A DNA stretch of 64,000 nucleotides. Origin: an uncultured virus (IMG/VR IMGVR_UViG_3300020054_001201). Lineage: Duplodnaviria; Heunggongvirae; Uroviricota; Caudoviricetes. Position 1 is the first letter of the stretch; each line of letters begins with the position of its first letter. The position numbers were made by a program, and so were the translations under genes. The stretch lies in IMG/VR virus record IMGVR_UViG_3300020054_001201; one strand, written 5' to 3'. Of the stretch, positions 26,801 through 35,111 are shown one piece after another. The notes beneath the pieces were generated by a model. It saw only the letters and a program-made list of their open reading frames with translations, was not told where the DNA came from and did no database searches.

Positions 26801-29800
26801 GCGTGACCGAGGCGAACGGCGGAAGGCCGTTGCAAGTTTGTTTAAAGAAAACAGCCAAGCGGCACAGGTGAAAACACGAAGCGAAAGGTTTCAATTCTTG
26901 AAAGACTACCTCGCGTCCGATATAGACGGCTACTTGGCTGAAAAAGCGCGTTTTAATGCAAAATACAGGCAACGATTGATGAACGGCGACTTGACGCGAG
27001 AAAAAAATCCCGAAGGCTACCGAAAAGTCAACAAAATGTGGAAAGAGACGAAAAAAGCGTTTGCTGATGACATTGTTCACAGTTTTCAGCGATTGAAAGA
27101 CAAAACCATGTCCTTAGCAAAGGACGGATTAAAAGGGCGCAACTACATTGAAATCAACCCACGAGAGTTCTTTTTGCACAATGTCGGCGGAATTGGCAAA
27201 GATGGGTTGGAAATATCCCTTGGGGGTCAGCCGAACAGAATCATTGATATTAAACCACCGCGCGAAGGTCGCACAGACGATACTTACAAACTCAAACTCC
27301 AAACGCCTTTAGGACAAGACATTTACGCGAAACAAGGTGAGGCAGAAGACGGCACATCAATTGACCGAACTGAACTCCAAATCACCGACGGTAAGCACAG
27401 AAACAAATTGTTGAGTTTTGATTTACGCGCGGATATTTTTCAAAAAGCATTGGAAGGTAACATTGAGAATACTGCGCATTTTGTCAAAGACTTCAACGAA
27501 CATGTCAACAGAATTGAAAGGCAAGCAAATCGTTTAGACGCGAATGTTGATTTCAACAAACATCGCACTCAAATGGCTCTCGGCGCATTCCTCAAAATCG
27601 GGGACAAATTGGAGGCACTTGTCGGTAAGAAAAACGGGAGAGAGTTGTTTGACGAACTTAGCAAAATGACGACCGACCTTTACACGGATGCTGACGGAAT
27701 GCCCATACCCGATGTGTTCATGTCCGACGGCTTTGGTGAAGAGTATCGCGACTTTAATTACCGCCCCGATGAATACCTCACGGGACAATTAGGGCAGACA
27801 GGTGGAACGGGCGTTACTTACATGCAAAACAATCGCGTCGGCTATTCACCAACAGATGCGGAGATGCTTCAATCAATGAGCCTCAAACAACACGGTCGTA
27901 AACTTAGCGACGCGCAACTCTTAATGGCAAAAAACGCGTTTCACTCCGCCGATTACGGGCCGCTTGAAGAAGAAGCAGTCAAAATGATGATTGGCGATGA
28001 CGAAGAAGACGACCTTGTTGACGATGATGTTGATGAAGAGAAAAGGGACGATGTTGTTGACGACCTCAAGGATGATGATGATGAAGAGGACGCGAAAATG
28101 AACGAACATCGCGTGCGTCAAATGATACATCGTCAAGCCTTTGATGTGAACGGCAAGCAAGAACATTGGGTTCACAACAGCGCGACGGGATGCGGTCTTT
28201 GTGGCGGGAGTGGAAGCGTCACTTTGGATGACGCGATTGCTTTTATTCAAGCAAACAACCCCTCGCTCACGGCTGTCAATCCAAACAGCGACAAAATGAA
28301 AGAATACATCGCCAAAAACATTCGTCCGACGGATGCTAACTTAGGCGACTACGACGGAGAACCCAATGTCGCGTGTCCCGAATGTGACCAAGAACACCCC
28401 AATGCTATCGGGGGTCGTTGCGCGGATGGATTGTGCGCTAACTGTCACGGAAGCGGGTATTTGGACCCCAACAGCGTTGACGATTATTTCGGAGAATACA
28501 CCGATGAAGACGGCAATGTTTACCACGGCAGAAAACACAACCCTCACTACGGTGAACACTACGACGAAAATGACCTCAACCGATTGATTCAACAACGACT
28601 CCGAGAAGAGGGTGTTGGAAAAACGGAAAAAGCCAACTTCACGGCGCAAATGCATCGCGACGCTGTGAAGCGCGGTTTGATTGCACCTCTTACCAAAATT
28701 GACTACATCAAAAATCTCAACAGAGCGCGCTATGCTGAGAAACCTCAGATTACCCCGAAAGAGTTTGATTTGGAGAAATATAGGCGCGCCTCTTCAAAGT
28801 TGGAATCCGACTTTTACTCGTCATCGGAAGAGCCAACAGGTGACCCGACGGCTGATGCGATGAGAGAGTTGGGGACATCAACGAAAGTTTTGGACGGTTA
28901 CGAAAAATCACATCATCAACACATGATAACGAAGCGCGCGGAAGCAATGGCGGAAAAGGCGCTTCAACAGAATGCAGACCCGCAGGCGGTGCAAAAAGCC
29001 CTTGATGTGATTCTCAACAACAAAGAACTCCTTCACAGGCATCAACGAGCGCGCAGTCCAGCCATCCGTCAAGCGATGAGAGAATTGCATGAAATGGCGA
29101 CTCCGCAACGCTTGGACAAAAAAGGTAGGAGTGTTAAACCACCCTTTTCAATTGACGATGATGAGGGAAGTCAAGTTAAATTGGAGCGTTACATTCCGCA
29201 CGAGCAACTTACCTACAACCACGGACGGTGGTTGACCGACGCTGAAAACGATGAAGACCTTTTCGTGCCTTACAGTAAAGCGCGCCCTCATCTCAGCATT
29301 GGTGATTTGAAACAAATGTTTGGACATTCAAAACCCCTTATGGGCGCGCTTAACCGTTACCTTGACGAAACGAAGTTTGACCCCGAAAAGGGCGAAGCGC
29401 TTCTGCAAATGCTATCGGGTGTGAAAAAACCGTTGGTGATGCAACAGTTGGGCGGCATCTCTCATCCCGGTTTGGACACTCTTTACGATGAGTTCAATGC
29501 AAGCGAAGATGAACGGCAAAACGCAAACAAACAGATGGAAGAGCCGCAACTGCGTTGGGACCAAGGTGTGCTTGACGAAATGCAGACTCTTGGTGTTTCA
29601 CCATCAAAGGTTGAAGAATACTTTTCAATACCCACCGAAGAGGGCGATTACGGTTTCAGTCAAGGAATGAGGAAAGGTTTGGATAAAAACTTCAACAGAG
29701 GCGTCAATGACATTATCAAACCGATGATGCTTGAGTTCGCTACTTTGTCAATGGTCAAACATTTCCTCAACTACTACGATGATATTTCACATCCTAACTT

Positions 29801-30842
29801 TCACAAAAAAGTGCAAGACGCGATGCGAAGCGAAGGCCTCCCTGCCGATACGCGCCTCGGTGTTGACAATTTCTTTGAAATGACGCGCATGCGTGGAGAT
29901 TTGCAAAAGTTCGCTTACAACGAAGCGGCGCGTATGTTTGGCTATGAAGATTATGAAGAGTTGGAGAAGATTCTTGATTTCAGTAAAGAAAAGAAGGATT
30001 TCGGCGGAACGATGATGAGCGGCTTTGACTTCAAAGACCAAGCGCTCAGCCAAGCCCGCCCCATCAAAAGCAAAAAGCAAGCGTTGCCGATGGACTTGAA
30101 TCAACTCTACGCTGAGAGCGTTGCGCAAAAATTGTCGGTATCACCCGAAGCGCAAATGCGAGACGAGAACATTGTTGCGCAAATGGAGGAAATGGCTCTT
30201 TACCGTCACTACCCCAATTGGATGCGCGCGCAGGCTATGATGAATATCATGGTTGAGAACGGATACGGCGATTCGGGTGATTTTGTTGAGGCGCTTAAGA
30301 AAGGGCAAGTTCCCGAAGAAGTGAAAAAGCAAGTTCAAGATGTGAACATGAAAGCGAGTATGTTTCATCCCACCATCGCTTTTGCTGGATTTGACGAAAC
30401 TGAACAATACGACGCTGTTGCGCACGAACAAATGCTGAAAGACCCTAACCTCGGTCGCAATGTGCGAACAGAAGCGCAGTTAGGCGAAGGTATGCAGGGT
30501 CCATTGACGCAACAGCAAACAAACAGGTCATTGTTAAGACCCGCGGGGAGTTTGGACCCAACTTTCCCTCAACCTCAGCAACCGCCGAATCAACCGCTTC
30601 CTCCACAAGGCGCTCTTGCAATGGGTGCGCAAAGGGGCGTGTCTGTGTCTGACCTCGCGGCTACACAACAGGCTAACCGAGCAGTTGACGAAAAAGGAAA
30701 CCCAATTCAACGCGACCCGCCTGTTGAAGCACCAGCAGGAATAAATGTTAATTCACCAAGAGGACAGTTGGCTCAATACCGTCAAGGAATGGACGCTCTT
30801 AACCGATTCAACCGTCCGCTACCCGACGAGGATTCTCAATAA
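23802..30842 (+). CDS. Giant 2346-aa protein with DnaJ-like CxxCxGxG zinc motifs; probable virion-internal protein
   Basis: Long ORF; CGLCGGSG, CPEC, CANCHGSG; N-terminal IIKA motif; P/Q-rich C-terminus. Confidence 0.85.
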   Translation: MGRYIRIIKADEEEGEKPRENKPKRRRMSEAEAIKLGREGLEGYMNNLKENPPRFEEGDKIPSNREGEPYFSVGDINYPLLYNQIIYANNIMFANLFDMDEEARKKSLPKEGKASIMSVPMLTKPVLSHLDGMIEHFGEELEFQKQMDEEDNGALKDDMKRNFVPHEISHRMQVGLESDGRRGDLAKRNVLRSLKGLSSHPISGTTLQDLEDVRVRGVRVAPSRGQPRQEKEAQMPSAFQQDLDELAGKARQQLGELSADGRLKDREKAAREFYEQKVFPRIGDYDAFKANTKDLDMKISNKAGNVAQWKKMIEAKANKEGIPVAQAVHLVQEDFNRYMRVFLGTDAVGSAGRGGKFGREATSVRADDMVTPSFYIAAKGYNVRLTAPNALEQLGRFFTKGDEANSLKNRKLMAESPITDEESGSMLIHPAIKNAYNESGIFRQVSEMEGDRGTLSSRLNVPDMRSTPAQEAERAGETTAVGTDLSDVKLETEKDRKRMRRFISSERGNEKTNPLTRDYRFADIDRMRRNGLMDDAEHAYHFAQIMANSMSDYTPTYFSEIPKGSDFPEGHPYRDLSAGEIEEKSRNFMDMLVGSGRHLYQFKKHLESLGLPAKEIKAMGLHANDMENLHSILNDDDPYAALSKFNDAQQKRYQRVLETGVKGSYLNKLNKDLVDLRQTVEDIGIDPVDIAEMGMQYAESGFTRQGYEDAFLKMFGRYGGDVNKGAILRTLYAWKRSNDRRSKVLEREEEKKRQMEPFMKHYQMSEEERKNHDLQRQPCKACDLKYFANEGPNKDHPHLRGQASAHVYSAVMIPELDYRWNTDTKKNEDISVTIGDDSLLSMAAYLFGEGDEDEYMEKKLRYYGLAGEEGEVSDVETADKRDRRVIKLGNDLKKAIKKAVIHTSSPYHAKAQKLAKEFGLDVRDRVVRPRGFAMRDPFERQALGLIHPSAFQGDAERERTRIHNLTAAQFSGVVEAFDLVQDMKSGAIRDGKKAFDMKKLRDRGERRKAVASLFKENSQAAQVKTRSERFQFLKDYLASDIDGYLAEKARFNAKYRQRLMNGDLTREKNPEGYRKVNKMWKETKKAFADDIVHSFQRLKDKTMSLAKDGLKGRNYIEINPREFFLHNVGGIGKDGLEISLGGQPNRIIDIKPPREGRTDDTYKLKLQTPLGQDIYAKQGEAEDGTSIDRTELQITDGKHRNKLLSFDLRADIFQKALEGNIENTAHFVKDFNEHVNRIERQANRLDANVDFNKHRTQMALGAFLKIGDKLEALVGKKNGRELFDELSKMTTDLYTDADGMPIPDVFMSDGFGEEYRDFNYRPDEYLTGQLGQTGGTGVTYMQNNRVGYSPTDAEMLQSMSLKQHGRKLSDAQLLMAKNAFHSADYGPLEEEAVKMMIGDDEEDDLVDDDVDEEKRDDVVDDLKDDDDEEDAKMNEHRVRQMIHRQAFDVNGKQEHWVHNSATGCGLCGGSGSVTLDDAIAFIQANNPSLTAVNPNSDKMKEYIAKNIRPTDANLGDYDGEPNVACPECDQEHPNAIGGRCADGLCANCHGSGYLDPNSVDDYFGEYTDEDGNVYHGRKHNPHYGEHYDENDLNRLIQQRLREEGVGKTEKANFTAQMHRDAVKRGLIAPLTKIDYIKNLNRARYAEKPQITPKEFDLEKYRRASSKLESDFYSSSEEPTGDPTADAMRELGTSTKVLDGYEKSHHQHMITKRAEAMAEKALQQNADPQAVQKALDVILNNKELLHRHQRARSPAIRQAMRELHEMATPQRLDKKGRSVKPPFSIDDDEGSQVKLERYIPHEQLTYNHGRWLTDAENDEDLFVPYSKARPHLSIGDLKQMFGHSKPLMGALNRYLDETKFDPEKGEALLQMLSGVKKPLVMQQLGGISHPGLDTLYDEFNASEDERQNANKQMEEPQLRWDQGVLDEMQTLGVSPSKVEEYFSIPTEEGDYGFSQGMRKGLDKNFNRGVNDIIKPMMLEFATLSMVKHFLNYYDDISHPNFHKKVQDAMRSEGLPADTRLGVDNFFEMTRMRGDLQKFAYNEAARMFGYEDYEELEKILDFSKEKKDFGGTMMSGFDFKDQALSQARPIKSKKQALPMDLNQLYAESVAQKLSVSPEAQMRDENIVAQMEEMALYRHYPNWMRAQAMMNIMVENGYGDSGDFVEALKKGQVPEEVKKQVQDVNMKASMFHPTIAFAGFDETEQYDAVAHEQMLKDPNLGRNVRTEAQLGEGMQGPLTQQQTNRSLLRPAGSLDPTFPQPQQPPNQPLPPQGALAMGAQRGVSVSDLAATQQANRAVDEKGNPIQRDPPVEAPAGINVNSPRGQLAQYRQGMDALNRFNRPLPDEDSQ

Positions 30843-30915
30843 TCTTGACTCCCTATGATAATAAGAATAAAATTGTATTAATATAATAATAATACAAGAA
30901 TACTGATAATAAGGT
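30835..30915. other. AT-rich intergenic island (third copy of type), upstream of the membrane/GTPase operon
   Basis: ATAAGAATAA and ACAAGAATA motifs. Confidence 0.6.
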
Positions 30916-30969
30916 GAATGAATACGCTTATGTAGCGCACGCGATGTCGCGTAGCAAGGAGGAAACAAC

Positions 30970-31491
30970 ATGCAGTCAGCCTCAAACCCAAACAACAGCG
31001 ATGAATTGCGCATTTTTGGACTCATCACGATGGTCAGCGTTCTTGTTGGATGCGCCATCGCGGTTTTTGATTCAAAATTATGGCTTTATGACGACCACAC
31101 TTACACGAACGCCATCACTTACACGATGGGCGCGTTCACATTACAGGGTATGGGCTATTTCATCTACAAATTGCTCGCGCAAGACGGTATGGACCAAAAA
31201 GCGATGTTGTCAAATATGCAACGCAACATGACCCGTCAAATGCAAGAACAGCAAATGCGGTTCGCGCAAGCGCAAATGAACATGGAAATCAAGAAACAAG
31301 AAGCAACTTTCGCGAGACAGATGGAACAATTGGAAAAAGACCCCGAAGTTCAAGAATATATGTCACTCATGGGTGTTGAAAATGAATCCTCGGTCCCGCA
31401 ACACAAAGCGAGTGAAAAGAAACCGCTTCAATTGGGAAAAAACCGTAAAAGAAACCCCGATGGAACCTACGCTCCTAAAGAAAAGGAGTGA
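30970..31491 (+). CDS. Membrane protein: two TM helices plus a Q/M-rich coiled coil
   Basis: Hydrophobic IFGLITMVSVLVGCAIAVF and AITYTMGAFTLQGMGYFIY; GGAGG RBS. Confidence 0.8.
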   Translation: MQSASNPNNSDELRIFGLITMVSVLVGCAIAVFDSKLWLYDDHTYTNAITYTMGAFTLQGMGYFIYKLLAQDGMDQKAMLSNMQRNMTRQMQEQQMRFAQAQMNMEIKKQEATFARQMEQLEKDPEVQEYMSLMGVENESSVPQHKASEKKPLQLGKNRKRNPDGTYAPKEKE

Positions 31492-31497
31492 TGTGGA

Positions 31498-31740
31498 TTG
31501 GGTTGGCTCTTTAAAACTCCGAGCGATGATGCAACGGAAGCGACATTACGCGCTTTACACACGCAAAACACGCTTGACAACTACTACGAACGAGGAAGAG
31601 CGTTGATTTTGTGCATCATCGTTGGGGTTTCAACCGCACTTGGGGTTTCAGCCTTTGAATTGCACACTCAAACAAGCATTTGGGAAAACACAGTTGAGTG
31701 GGCGTATCAAAAAATGACGGGTTGGATTGAATCATGGTAG
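31498..31740 (+). CDS. Small single-pass membrane protein
   Basis: ALILCIIVGVSTALGVSAF hydrophobic segment; TTG start after GGAGTGA. Confidence 0.75.
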   Translation: MGWLFKTPSDDATEATLRALHTQNTLDNYYERGRALILCIIVGVSTALGVSAFELHTQTSIWENTVEWAYQKMTGWIESW

Positions 31741-32456
31741 CCACATTTGCTGGAAGCGCGTTGATGGGCGCGGTTGTTTACGGTCGCGAACTATACAACT
31801 TCCTCAAACCGCGCAGAATTGGTGTTTACGGGCCGACGCAGGTTGGAAAAACAACGCTTGACCTGTTTATGCGCACTCCGGGCGAAATGGACGACATTGA
31901 AGAGCGAACAATGCACCCAAAAAGACTTCTTGGGGGCGGATATGTGCTTCCGAAGGCCACGCGAAAACGCATTCGCTGGCAGGGAGAAAAAAGAGTCGTT
32001 CATTCATCCGATATTGGCGGTCAACAACGCTTTTGGAACCTTTGGATTGATGATATGGTTGACCGTCAAGTGGAAATTGTCGTTTTCATGACCGATACGC
32101 GCGTCATTCGCGGTAACGGCGCACAAGTGATTGACGCAGTTGGTGGTTTTGAATACCTTGTAGACGCGCTGATTGAAAAAAGATGGAATTATCGCTCATT
32201 GAAGACTCGTTTGAAGGGAAAACGCTACGCTCCGAGGCAGATTTGGCTTGTTGCAAACAAAGCAGACGAGTGGTGGGACGATAATGCGAACATTTTATGG
32301 CAATCGGGCCGTTTACGCGAGCATAAAGTGTTTGATTCGCACCGTCCAGCCATGCGAAGACTCCAAAAAGCCGGTATTCCGTGTCGCGTAAGCATGATGG
32401 CGACGAAAATCGGCTGGAATGTGGAAAAAACAATGGTAAACATGCTAAGTTGGTGA
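31734..32456 (+). CDS. Small GTPase, Ras superfamily (Arf/Sar-like), with a hydrophobic N-terminal helix
   Basis: G1 GPTQVGKT, G3 DIGGQ..FWNLW, G4 NKAD, G5-like MATK; N-terminal FAGSALMGAVVYG. Confidence 0.85.
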   Translation: MVATFAGSALMGAVVYGRELYNFLKPRRIGVYGPTQVGKTTLDLFMRTPGEMDDIEERTMHPKRLLGGGYVLPKATRKRIRWQGEKRVVHSSDIGGQQRFWNLWIDDMVDRQVEIVVFMTDTRVIRGNGAQVIDAVGGFEYLVDALIEKRWNYRSLKTRLKGKRYAPRQIWLVANKADEWWDDNANILWQSGRLREHKVFDSHRPAMRRLQKAGIPCRVSMMATKIGWNVEKTMVNMLSW

Positions 32457-32460
32457 TGAA

Positions 32461-33342
32461 ATGCTTGGAAATACACCCCAAAACGACCTATTGCGGCTTG
32501 CCGCACAGACCCAAATGAGCCTCGCGCAGATGCAACAACAGGCTCAAGCACAGGCCGCAATGAGCAATGTGAGTCAACATATTGAGGTCCCACAGGTTAA
32601 TTTTTACCCTTCAAGGCATCAAAACCCCAAAAAAGCGCGCAGAAAGGACATAAAACAAGCATATTCGCTTCTTACGCCTACAAAACGCTCTATTTTCTCT
32701 CCAAAACGCGTTTGGGGCGGAAAATACCGTTACAATACCAACACAATGCGATGTTGCGTGGACGGATGTGATGTAGAATACCTTTTGCGGATGGCCGGAA
32801 ACATCTACGAGCAAATCACCGACGATGAAACGGGGCAATCCTTGTGGGACATTTACTTCAAAAATCCCGTCACAGGAGAAGTTGAAGCCTTTGTAGCGCG
32901 CGAAAAAGTGACCAGCGGACGCGTTTTGAGGGCTACATACTGTCCCGAACACCTGCATTTGTATCATTTGTTGACAAAATGGGAGCGTGAAGACGAAGCG
33001 GAAGAAGAAGCGAGCGGTGGAACTCTCAAAGCCAAGTTGAGAAAAGGTGTTTCAGTCGTTGCTGTGCCTGTCAACAGCATCAAAAAGAAAGACAATACGC
33101 CTCCAATCCTCGCAAAATACGAGCAATTCTTCGCAATGCTCAAACAAGACAACATCCCCATCACACATTTCACCAATTCCGCGACGGGAATGAATGATTT
33201 GGTCATGATTGTTTTTGATATGCGCCAATTTCAAGCCGGAAATAATACGCGTTTGCTTCATGATGCTCTCGCGATGCACGAAAAAATACAACAAAACAAC
33301 CCTCTTCCGTTACCGCAAGAACAAAATGAGGGTGGCGCGTGA
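32461..33342 (+). CDS. Hypothetical protein with Q-rich N-terminus and possible Zn ligands (CCVDGC...CPEH)
   Basis: ORF in the operon with the GTPase. Confidence 0.8.
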   Translation: MLGNTPQNDLLRLAAQTQMSLAQMQQQAQAQAAMSNVSQHIEVPQVNFYPSRHQNPKKARRKDIKQAYSLLTPTKRSIFSPKRVWGGKYRYNTNTMRCCVDGCDVEYLLRMAGNIYEQITDDETGQSLWDIYFKNPVTGEVEAFVAREKVTSGRVLRATYCPEHLHLYHLLTKWEREDEAEEEASGGTLKAKLRKGVSVVAVPVNSIKKKDNTPPILAKYEQFFAMLKQDNIPITHFTNSATGMNDLVMIVFDMRQFQAGNNTRLLHDALAMHEKIQQNNPLPLPQEQNEGGA

Positions 33343-33351
33343 GGTGGTATC

Positions 33352-33924
33352 ATGGCGTGGTGGTCAAATAACCAACAACCCGCGCAAAACAGCGGCGCGC
33401 TGAACCTCGGACTGCCAAACGGACAACAGCAAATCCCTGCTGGCGCGGGATACGGCGCGGCTGGTGGCTACAATCCCTACACACCCCCGCCCCCTCCGAC
33501 TGAAATGGACATCCTGTCCATGATGATAACCGCCAATCCGCTCATTGATAAGTGGCTATCGGAAAACAACGGCGCGAACTTAAACATGCTCATCGGACTC
33601 ATCAGCAATGTGGTTGCGGTTTCGGTGCATCAAATGCTCGCAAACGCCAAAATCAAGGAGGGAGATGATGGTTTTACCTTTGATTTTAGCGGCGTGCAGG
33701 GTTTACCGACGGGTGATAGCGTCACCATGACGCAAACGCAAATCCTCAACGCGGCTTCCAACAATGTTCAACAAATGAACATGCAATTCCAGCAGATGGT
33801 CGCCATCGCAAACCAAAGCACCATGCAAGGTATGCTGGATAGCGCGCTCGCAGACCCCGGCATGGTTCAAAGCGTCGCGCAGGGTGGTGGGACTTTCATC
33901 CGTTCTATGCTTGGAGGTCGTTGA
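33352..33924 (+). CDS. Low-complexity P/Q/N/M-rich protein
   Basis: GAGGTG RBS; YTPPPPPT tract. Confidence 0.8.
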   Translation: MAWWSNNQQPAQNSGALNLGLPNGQQQIPAGAGYGAAGGYNPYTPPPPPTEMDILSMMITANPLIDKWLSENNGANLNMLIGLISNVVAVSVHQMLANAKIKEGDDGFTFDFSGVQGLPTGDSVTMTQTQILNAASNNVQQMNMQFQQMVAIANQSTMQGMLDSALADPGMVQSVAQGGGTFIRSMLGGR

Positions 33925-33925
33925 T

Positions 33926-34156
33926 ATGCCCGACATCTCCACTTTTTACACAGCGTTGAGTGACATGACCAATTTGCGCAAATCGGTCGTTGTTGATATG
34001 ATAATGGTTCAAGTTATCAGTTTGACACTTGGGTGCTTCCTCATTTTGCTCTTTTCGGGTCCTACGATGAACTCAAATGAGTTGTCATGGCTCATCGGCG
34101 CGCTCTTCGTTTTTTTCAGCGCATCCGGTATCATTTACCGACGACTCTCCAATTGA
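33926..34156 (+). CDS. Small two-TM membrane protein (holin-like topology)
   Basis: GGAGG RBS; two hydrophobic helices followed by a basic RR C-terminus. Confidence 0.7.
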   Translation: MPDISTFYTALSDMTNLRKSVVVDMIMVQVISLTLGCFLILLFSGPTMNSNELSWLIGALFVFFSASGIIYRRLSN

Positions 34157-34405
34157 CCATTTCCCAACAGGACATTCGCTATTTGCGAAAATAGTTTTGG
34201 TTTTGATGAAGCAACCGCACAGACTGCAACGGTCGTGTTTTCGGTCGGGGCATTCGCGACAAATGTTGTAGCGCCGCTCCCGCTCTGTCAATGAAACCCT
34301 GTTGTTGCTAAGAAAGTCCATAGCCGCGCGTGAAAGACTCTTCGCAGTATCAATGGTGACAGGAACACCCGCAATTTTCGGCGCACGACCGAGCCGCTTT
34401 CGCAT
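34085..34405 (-). CDS. Cys-rich protein (DUF6171-like: R..IC..C...C.LCGCF..K...CP.GKW)
   Basis: Characteristic Cys pattern; the only antisense gene in the late arm. Confidence 0.7.
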   Translation of the reverse strand: MRKRLGRAPKIAGVPVTIDTAKSLSRAAMDFLSNNRVSLTERERRYNICRECPDRKHDRCSLCGCFIKTKTIFANSECPVGKWSIGESSVNDTGCAEKNEERADEP

Positions 34406-34442
34406 GGAAACACTCTTTTGCTACGGCTACTTGGAGTTTGCT

Positions 34443-35111
34443 ATGGCGGAGCGTATATCGCGAGCGTCTTGCAAGTTTTGTCAAGACGAAGGGCGTGATT
34501 CGTTGGAAGAAATGATGAAGGCTGGCCTCATCACCGCGAAACAACTTGACAAAGACATGGAATGGCGCGAAGGGACGGCTGACCGCCACTTTCGCAATCA
34601 CACGGGTGAATATCACATGGCTTCAAATAGCGATTGTGGCTTTTGCACTTCACCTCAGCGAGAAAACCTTGAGATGGCGTATTTTAACGGAGCGATGACG
34701 GCTGATGAAATCGCTTTGGACATTCAAATACCCGAATCCAGCGTCTATCATCACATCAAACACCACCTCAAACCCATTGTCCAAAAAGGAGCGGCTGACC
34801 TCATCATTGTTGAGGCAGGTCAAGAAATGGAGTCGTTAAGGCACAACTTGTCGCGCATCAACGGTGAGTTGGGGCATTTCCTTGACGATGCTGACCGCAA
34901 CGACCCTCAATATGTGCGCAACATCGTTTCGCTCCACAAAGAAGTGCGCGAAACGGTGAAAGACATTATGCGCATTCAAGACCGCGCCGCTGGAACAACC
35001 AATGAACACATGACGGCGCAGACTATCAACATCCTCAAAGTTGAATTAGCGAAAGAGTCGCCCGAAGTGTGGGCGAGGCTTCGCAGTAAACTCATGGGAG
35101 AGGGTGAATGA
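34443..35111 (+). CDS. Duplicated Zn/HTH-domain protein with coiled coil; terminase small subunit candidate
   Basis: CKFC...HFRNH and CGFC...HIKHH repeats; helical C-terminus; lies upstream of TerL. Confidence 0.55.
   Translation: MAERISRASCKFCQDEGRDSLEEMMKAGLITAKQLDKDMEWREGTADRHFRNHTGEYHMASNSDCGFCTSPQRENLEMAYFNGAMTADEIALDIQIPESSVYHHIKHHLKPIVQKGAADLIIVEAGQEMESLRHNLSRINGELGHFLDDADRNDPQYVRNIVSLHKEVRETVKDIMRIQDRAAGTTNEHMTAQTINILKVELAKESPEVWARLRSKLMGEGE

Noticed and set aside
28335..28365. NLGDYDGE in the giant protein as an RNA polymerase NADFDGD motif
   Set aside because: The third Asp is missing, the site lies inside the zinc-finger region, and no other double-psi barrel motifs were recognised.
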